64,000 bases of DNA. It comes from Eledone cirrhosa. Lineage: Eukaryota. Under the pieces are notes generated by a model. The model was not told where the DNA came from. It saw only the letters and a program-made list of their open reading frames with translations, and ran no database searches. A program made the translations under genes and the position numbers. The stretch spans positions 195,920,001-195,984,000 of the forward strand of contig OZ024742.1 of NCBI GenBank assembly GCA_964016885.1. Reading direction: 5' to 3'. Every line of letters starts with the position of its first letter. The first letter of the stretch is position 1. Of the stretch, positions 57,108 through 64,000 are shown piece after piece.

Positions 57108-57807
57108 TTTTTTTTCATTTATTTTATGCAGATTTTCTACTTTCCATATTTTCCTCAAGAATCTTTCTAGCATTTTCTTTTCATTTTCTTTTTTTTTTAA
57201 TCCTTAGTCAGGGATATGAGGGCCGTTGTTCGTGACCCTTTTTAGTACATATGAGCCTAAGGGAAATAGTGGGCAGTGCCCATGACACACCAGAGCTTCT
57301 GCGACGTAAAAGAGGATAGTGCCAATGCCCATGACCCTATTCAGGGCTTCTGGGACTGGTGGAAGGGAGAAGCGAGCGGGGCCTAACGCTTCTCAAAGTT
57401 TACGAGACTACTGGAGGGTTCTATGGTTGGAGTCTTTAAATAGCTGACAAAGGTCACAAATATGAAAATACACTCTTAACAGGTGCAATGTGTCCGAACA
57501 CGGAAGAGCCAAACTCCCACCGTCATCGCCCCTATCTCTCTGTATAGTGAGCAAATGGGGTTCCACGGTGGAAGAAGGAAGATATCTTTAAATTAAAAAG
57601 CTGCCCTGAATGTTGGCAGCAAGGCTGACTCCGTTGACGACTCCCAAGGCCCAGCAGTTGGTGTTAAACCGAGTGACAGTTGAATTCTAGCATCTAAGTA
57701 AGCCTCAACCACATTTTAACTCAGAATGCAAAGGGCTGGAAGAAATACCACAAGACATCTTGCCAATCCACATATCTGGCTGACAGACTACGCTTTACAG
57801 CATAAAG

Positions 57808-58253
57808 TTACGGCCCTTTATGATCTGAGTTCAAATCCCGCCGAGGTTAACTTTGCCTTTCGTCCTTATGGGGTCGATAAAATAAAGTACCAGTAATGCA
57901 CTGGGATAATTGCTGGCCTTGTGCCAAAAAGTAGAAACAATTATTATGCTTGAGGCATAGAGTTATGGCTCTTTGCATTCTGAGTTCAAATCCCGCCGAG
58001 GTTAACTTTGCCTTTCATCCTTACGGGGTCGATAAAATAAAGTACCAGTAATGTACTGTGATAATTGCTGGCCTTGTGCCAAAAAGTAGAAACAATTATT
58101 ATGCTTGAGGCATAGAGTTATGGCTCTTTGCATTCTGAGTTCAAATCCCGCCGAGGTTAACTTTGCCTTTCGTTCTTATGGGGTCGATAAAATAAAGTAC
58201 CAGTAATGCACTGGGATAATTGCTGGCCTTGTGCCAAAAAGTAGAAACAATTA
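57808..58253 (+). mobile_element. Three 5'-truncated SINE family 1 copies in tandem (~156-bp period)
   Basis: TCTGAGTTCAAATCCCGCCGAGG...AAAAGTAGAAACAATTAT occurs three times. Confidence 0.9.
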
Positions 58254-58499
58254 TATCTATATATGTGAGTGTGAGTGTGTGTGTGTGTAAAAGGTAAATA
58301 GAAATAACAACATAATCGGTACAGTATATGGAAGGAATATATTAGATTAACGCTTGAAATGTGGGGGAGGGGGTAATTTATGAGTGTGAAAAAGGGAGTA
58401 AGGGGGTGGTGTAAAAGACTATGCTCATCATCATCATTACCATCATCTTCGTCATCACCATCAACATAATCATCGTCACCGTCTTAAGATTCTATTAAG

Positions 58500-59390
58500 G
58501 GACAGTATGGCACTGGGAACATAGGAGGGTAAAATATAGCAATGGAGAGATAGGGTGGTAAAATACGGCACTTGGAAGATAGGGTCCCACACTGTGGCAC
58601 CACGGGGCTAGGATGTCACAGTACGACACTGGGAAGGTTCAGTGACACAGTATGGAAATATGGAATACGGACGATACACTATGGCATTTCGGAGCTAGGG
58701 TGCTGCACTAAGGCACTGCGGAGCTAGGGTGGAATACTATGGCATTGGTGAGACAGGGTCACAGAATAAAGCATTTCGGAGCTAGGGTGCTGCACTATGG
58801 CACTGCGGAGCTGGGGTGGAATACTATGACACTGGGGAGACAGGGTCACAGAATAAAGCATTTCGGAGCTAGGGTGCTGCACTATGGCACTGCGGAGCTG
58901 GGGTGGAATACTATGGCATTGGGGAGACAGGGTCACAGAATAAAGCATTTAGGAGCTAGGGTGCTGCACTATGGCACTGCGGAGCTAGGGTAGGACACTA
59001 TGGCACTGGAGAGATAGGGTGACACAATATGGAAATATGGAACTTGTATGTCACAGTATGCCAATGGAGAGATAGGGTGGAAAATACGGCAATTCAGAAC
59101 TAGGGTGCCGCAGTATGGCACTGCGGAGCTAGGGTAGGACACTATGGAACTGGGAAGCTTCAGTGACACAGTATGGAAATATGGAGCTAGGGTGACCCTT
59201 TATGGCAATGGGGAGACAATGTGGAAAAATATGGCACTTTGAAGCTAGGGTGCCACACTATGACACTGCGGAGCTAGGGTGGTACACTTTGGCACGAGGA
59301 AATTTGAGTGATAGTATGGAAATATGTAGCTAGGGTGACCCCTATGGCAATGGGGAGAAAATGCGGAATATTATGTAACTTTGAAGCTAG
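58500..59390. repeat. Diverged 29-bp minisatellite with an 87-bp higher-order unit
   Basis: GCATTT(C/A)GGAGCTAGGGTG at 58684, 58771, 58858 and 58945. Confidence 0.88.
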
Positions 59391-59738
59391 TATTAAATAA
59401 AAGCAGAATGTCAATATGTCAGAATGTCAGAATGTCATATCACCTTAAACTAAATATATAGGTTAATGTCTGGGAAAAACGTAGAAAGGGAGCAGGTGTC
59501 ACTTCTTCGACTATCTTGTTGGTGGATTGTTTACTTGTACTTACCTGTCCACGTAGAGGATTATCTGTTTCTTTATATGTCGGCACGTGTTTCTGTGTTT
59601 GTGTGTGTCTGTATCTGTGTCTGCTTTGTGTCTGATGTGCATCTGTGTGTCAGTGCGTGTCTCGTAGTGTGCGTGTGTCTGTTGGAGCAGGTTTGATATT
59701 GTGGCCAGATGTATCAACATGTATCTGCATCGTATATG

Positions 59739-59783
<45 letters not shown>

Positions 59784-59828
59784 ACATATATATATACATA
59801 GAGTAACCAATCGTCCTTGTTATCTTTT

Positions 59829-59876
<48 letters not shown>

Positions 59877-59910
59877 CATTTGTACCAAATTTCATTTATA
59901 ACAAAATACT

Positions 59911-60093
59911 TGTTTCTACTTTAGGCACAAGGCCAGCAATTACCCAGTGCATTACTGGTACTTTATTTTATCGACCCCGTAAGGATGAAAGGCAAAGTCA
60001 ACCTCGGCGCGGGATTTGAACTCAGATCGTAAAGGGACGTAACTATGCTTGAAAGCATGGCGTCCGACCCTCTACCGATACTGCCAATCCACC
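59911..60093 (-). mobile_element. SINE family 1, full length
   Basis: Reverse complement of the 28672 copy. Confidence 0.9.
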
Positions 60094-61059
60094 AATTCTG
60101 GTGTGTATGAATATAACAAGACACTAGGTTGTGTATATAACGTTTAATTAACAATTTGCAGTTATGTAGAATAGTATAGTTGACAAGTCAATGAAAGTAG
60201 ATGAAAGAATGAAGTAAAGTTATTTGTTACCGTTTTGAAGTTAGCTCGCAAGAGGCCATGTTAGGGTTGCCAGACGAACGCGCCTGGCCGAAGGGCCAGG
60301 CAGGTTAGAAGGCCAGGAGCCGAAAGGCAAATGAAATTACACAGTAATCCCCCGTTTATCGCGGGGGATACGTTCCAGAACCAACCGCGATATAGAGAAA
60401 CCATAAAGACAACCGTTGTTTTCATAGTTTAAACCACAGGTTCTCAACCCATTTAGGCCAAACAATCACGAAATCCCTCGAAATCACGAAACGCCCCTAC
60501 CCTATTTTTCCATTTTTCAATATACTACTGATTTTGATATCTGTAGATTACTAAAAAAATTGATTAACAATATTCCAAAGGTACCATTGCAGGCAGCTGA
60601 GAGTATAAATACATTCCTTGAAAGGAAATATATAAATTTCAATAAAAGGAACATAAATGTTCTTTTTTATGAATAAGGACCAGTTGAATTTACAAGAGCA
60701 ACTCTATTCAAAGAGTGCTCTTATCTGGAAGAAAATGGCAATTATATCATTTCAAAGCTTTCCAATTTTCCCTTTAATGAAACAGACAGAATAAATGTTG
60801 ATATCTAACTTGGTGTCCCCTCTGCTTTGTGAGCTTAGAGACCACGGAAGAGGGATTTCATGACCACGCGGGGGGGGGGGGGGGTATATTTATTAGTAAA
60901 TGGTAAAATATATAGAACAAATGAGTAAGTGAATTGTAGTAGATGGTTTCCAGTCCAGTCAGACTGCAACTACAAATAAAAAAAATTGTTAGTTTGCTTT
61001 GTAACAATAGCATATCCAAGTTTTCGGATAAATCAACTTACTTTAACTTTGACCTCATT

Positions 61060-62118
61060 TCAATGAAACCCTTGAGCTTCATGGAGTCTAGCTAACTCTT
61101 TGACGTCAGGCTGGATTTTCGTAAGAGGTAGCCGGAGATCTCCACATTTAATTACATTGTAGCGGTTGCGAGCCTTACTGTGCAGTCTGGAAACAGCACC
61201 AAACTTCCTCTTAACTAAGTATGAGCTTGGAAAAGGCAGAGCAAATCTCTTAGCCTCTGGATGTAGGTGTGGAAATCGACGCTGAATTTCCTCTTGCATC
61301 CAAAAAAGGGGTTCACCTATTTTGGGAAATCTAATTTTGATCATGTCATCTGCTTGAAGTTCAATGAATTCTTCCTGAAATATAACGTCCAAATCATCGA
61401 CGTTAGCTCTGAAGGGATATGCTACCCACATTGGGATGTCCATCGGCAAAAGGTCGACAAACCGTTCTCTCATGTTGTCTTGTAGCGCACGGAGGTGAGC
61501 GGTATACATTTGGAGTTGGTCATCGCTTACAATGTTTTGAACATTGGCGACATTAGTAAAATTATAGAATTCCCGTCAACAAAGATTCCTTTCGATGACA
61601 TTCAATTTGGCCAGGAATGTTTCCACAGCATTCCTTGTTTCAGCAAGGTGATCTTCTTCCCCTGCAAAGCCAAAATGACGCTAATGCATTTGTCAACGAT
61701 GTCGGTGAGGTAGGCGCAGTTTTGCCTCATATCGAGGGTTTTCTTGTACGGTTCTGTGTTGCGTCCTCGCAGAAACTCAATGATAGAGTCAAACAGTTCA
61801 AAGAAGTGAGTAAGGCACTTGCCCTTTGAAAGCCACCTCACTTCATTATGAAGGAGCAACTTGACGAATTCTTCGTCATTATCTTGGCACAGTTGCCGGA
61901 AAATTCGTTCATTGAGGGAATGCCGTTTGATAAAATTGATGACATCAGGGGCCACCTGAAAAGACTTGCTCAGTGGCTTGCTGAGTTTCTTCACAGCCAA
62001 GTGTTGTCGATGAATGACACAATGAACAACAAATACAGACAGTTTTTCTCTCTTCAGAAGAGTGACGAAACCCTTATGTTGGCCGACCATTGCTCTTGCG
62101 TCGTCCGTAGCACATGAT
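61060..62118 (-). pseudogene. hAT transposase C-terminal part (SCAND3/ZBED8-like), frameshifted
   Basis: AMVG, HCVIHRQHLA, LLLHNEVRWLSKG, AYLTDI, LQG, LPFPSSYLV...HEAQGFH. Confidence 0.88.
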
Positions 62119-62123
62119 ACAAT

Positions 62124-62490
62124 GTGTGTTGTAATTGGTCCTAGATGTATGTATTACCTGCCTGTGTGTTGTAGGTAGTCCTAGATGTATGTATTACCTG
62201 CTTAAGTATTGCATGTGGTCCTAGATGTATGTATTACCTGATTATGTGTTGTATGTGGTCCTAGATGTTTGTATTACCTGATTATGTGTTGTATGTGGTC
62301 CTAGATGTTTGTATTACCTGCTTATGTGTTTATGTGTTGTATGTGGTCCTAAATGTATGTATTACTTGCCTGTGTGTTGTATGTGGTCCTAGATGTGTGT
62401 GCTACCTCCTTATGTGTTGTATGTGGTCCTAGATGTGTGTATTATCTGATTATGTGTTGTATGTGGTCCTAGATGTGTGTGCTACCCGCT
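62124..62490. repeat. 40-bp tandem repeat (~9 copies) inside the hAT element
   Basis: GGTCCTAGATGTATGTATTACCTG...TGTGTTGTATGT with period 40. Confidence 0.92.
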
Positions 62491-63465
62491 TCTGGGATTT
62501 TCTTTTCTTTTTTATTTGTAATATTAATTATACAATAGGAAATAAAATAGATCTACATAGTGTTAACTCGTTACGGTTGAGTCAATAATTTCAGACATGA
62601 AATACATTGTTATCGGTGAAGGAAAAACAAGATTCTAACTGGCTGCGCTTGAAGTGTCCTGGATCCAGTTGACTGTGGGTTTTTCCATTGTTAGGATCTC
62701 AATTGCCGGTTAATGTCTAAACACGCCTGCACACCTGCTCATAGCTGCGGTCAGACCATAGTTATGCTGTCTGCATGCTCATTCAAATGCATTCACACTG
62801 GCTGTCTCAAAGACATACAAATATGGCTTATAAAACTTACCAAAGTAAAGAGCCTTCCAGTGCACGCCAAAGCTCCAAACGCCCCCCTAATGCCCCCTTG
62901 CTCCCAAACGCCCCCCTGGAGTTCCGAAACGCCCCCTGGGGGTGTATATGCCCCCCGTTGAGAACCTTTGGTTTAAACCTTAAAACACCTCTCCTACACG
63001 CTTTAAGTACATATAAACTCATTAAAACACACTTTTGTATTTAAATCCCCAATCAGCCAGTAACAATCGTATAAAAACTATCACCATACCACAAGTTACC
63101 AATGACAACCATTATCAGCCCCGTTAGCCGCTGGGTAATATACTGCACATCTCAAGGCAATCTATCATGGGTTTGTAGTAGATTAGAGAAAAACACAATC
63201 AGTAAAACAGTAATGGAATGAAGAGTAGAAACAATTTTGTAGTTAAAGCCTTATACTTACGCTATACACTTCAATTACGTCGAAACTTATTTAATAAGTT
63301 TAAATTCTAAACACTTTTTATTCAGACGTACGTACCGCGATAAGAAAATAGATATGTCCTAACGAAAACCAACTCCAGTCCTGAACTTTATGGACAGTAT
63401 GAAAAACAAAATTGATTTCGGCAGAATTTGAATTCAAAGAACCGGAACAAATACCAAGGCGTTTT

Positions 63466-64000
63466 ACAATAATAATATAAACAGAAATATAAACAATACC
63501 TCAAATAACATTACAAAAAACAAAAATAGAAGAAGAACTAATACATTTTTCAATCCCCCTTTCAATCTAAACGTTTCTACCAACTTGCCTAAGGCTTTCT
63601 TCTCAATCTTAGAAAATAACTTCCCAGTCGGCCACAAATACCATAATCTTATCAATAAAAATACCATTAAAGTCTCTTACTCTACCACACCTAACATCGC
63701 GTACCATATAGCTAGTAGTAATAAAAGGAAGATTAATAATTATTTCCAACTAATTAAATCACAACAGTGGATGAACTTACATAACAACATAGTACCAGAG
63801 AATTCTAGTAGCAATAATAGTAATAGCACTAATGAAATAATAACAATGGGAATGATAATCATCATTACCCTAATGCTATCCCTAACAACCATACATCTAC
63901 ACATCCTAGTAACCAGCAAGTAAACAACCAGAATAACTGTAACTGTAGAGCTAATAGAACTTGCACCCTAGAAAAAAATTGCTTAATCAAGGACATCATT
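63466..64000 (+). mobile_element. Penelope-like (Naiad-type) fragment: linker and Cys-rich motif, running off the window end
   Basis: RRTNTFFNPPFNLNVSTN...FFSILENNFPVGHKYHNLINKNTIKVSYSTTPN...NCNCRANRTCTLEKNCL. Confidence 0.85.

Larger units (their letters stand above)
60435..62970 (-). mobile_element. Buster/Charlie-type hAT transposon with TIRs and 8-bp TSD GTTTAAAC
   Basis: TIRs CACAGGTTCTCAAC / GTTGAGAACCTTTG; TSD at 60427-60434 and 62971-62978. Confidence 0.92.
60342..63345. mobile_element. Tigger/pogo-like non-autonomous element split by the hAT insertion
   Basis: Start CAGTAATCCCCCGTTTATCGCGG...TTCCAGA...CCGCGATA resembles Tigger-type termini; the right boundary is uncertain. Confidence 0.5.

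Noticed and set aside
57500-57580. HDV-like ribozyme suggested by AAACTCC...GCAAATGGGGTT
   Set aside because: P1, P3 and P1.1 could not be assembled; only a simple hairpin (CCACCGT/ACGGTGG) is supported.

Overview
Eukaryotic, very repeat-rich animal DNA. The tRNA-derived SINE families and microsatellite load suggest an octopus or other coleoid cephalopod (inference, not verified). Nearly all listed ORFs are artefacts of (TA)n, (CA)n and trinucleotide tracts or of satellites. The one host-gene signal is a 53-nt minus-strand exon at 22294-22346 encoding MSSAPVDVIVVGGGLS-G, a GxGxxG FAD-binding N-terminus resembling the first coding exon of monoamine oxidase; the window is probably mostly very long introns of that gene. 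The rest is decayed mobile DNA and satellites: four Penelope-like (Naiad-type) retroelement remnants; CRE, Tx1/L1, CR1 and RTE LINE pieces; two SINE families; mariner, Buster-type hAT and Tigger-like DNA elements; and 23-, 29/87-, 40- and 48-bp satellites. The most striking structure absent from the ORF track is about 14 complete or degenerate type I hammerhead ribozyme motifs from several families. They sit in (TA)n/(CA)n tracts and include a U3-A8 compensatory core variant, a 105-nt stem II, retrozyme-like non-coding units, recurrent outward-facing inverted 3' ends and a shared TRTTGAGTRC motif. All structures were folded by eye and coordinates of decayed elements are approximate.
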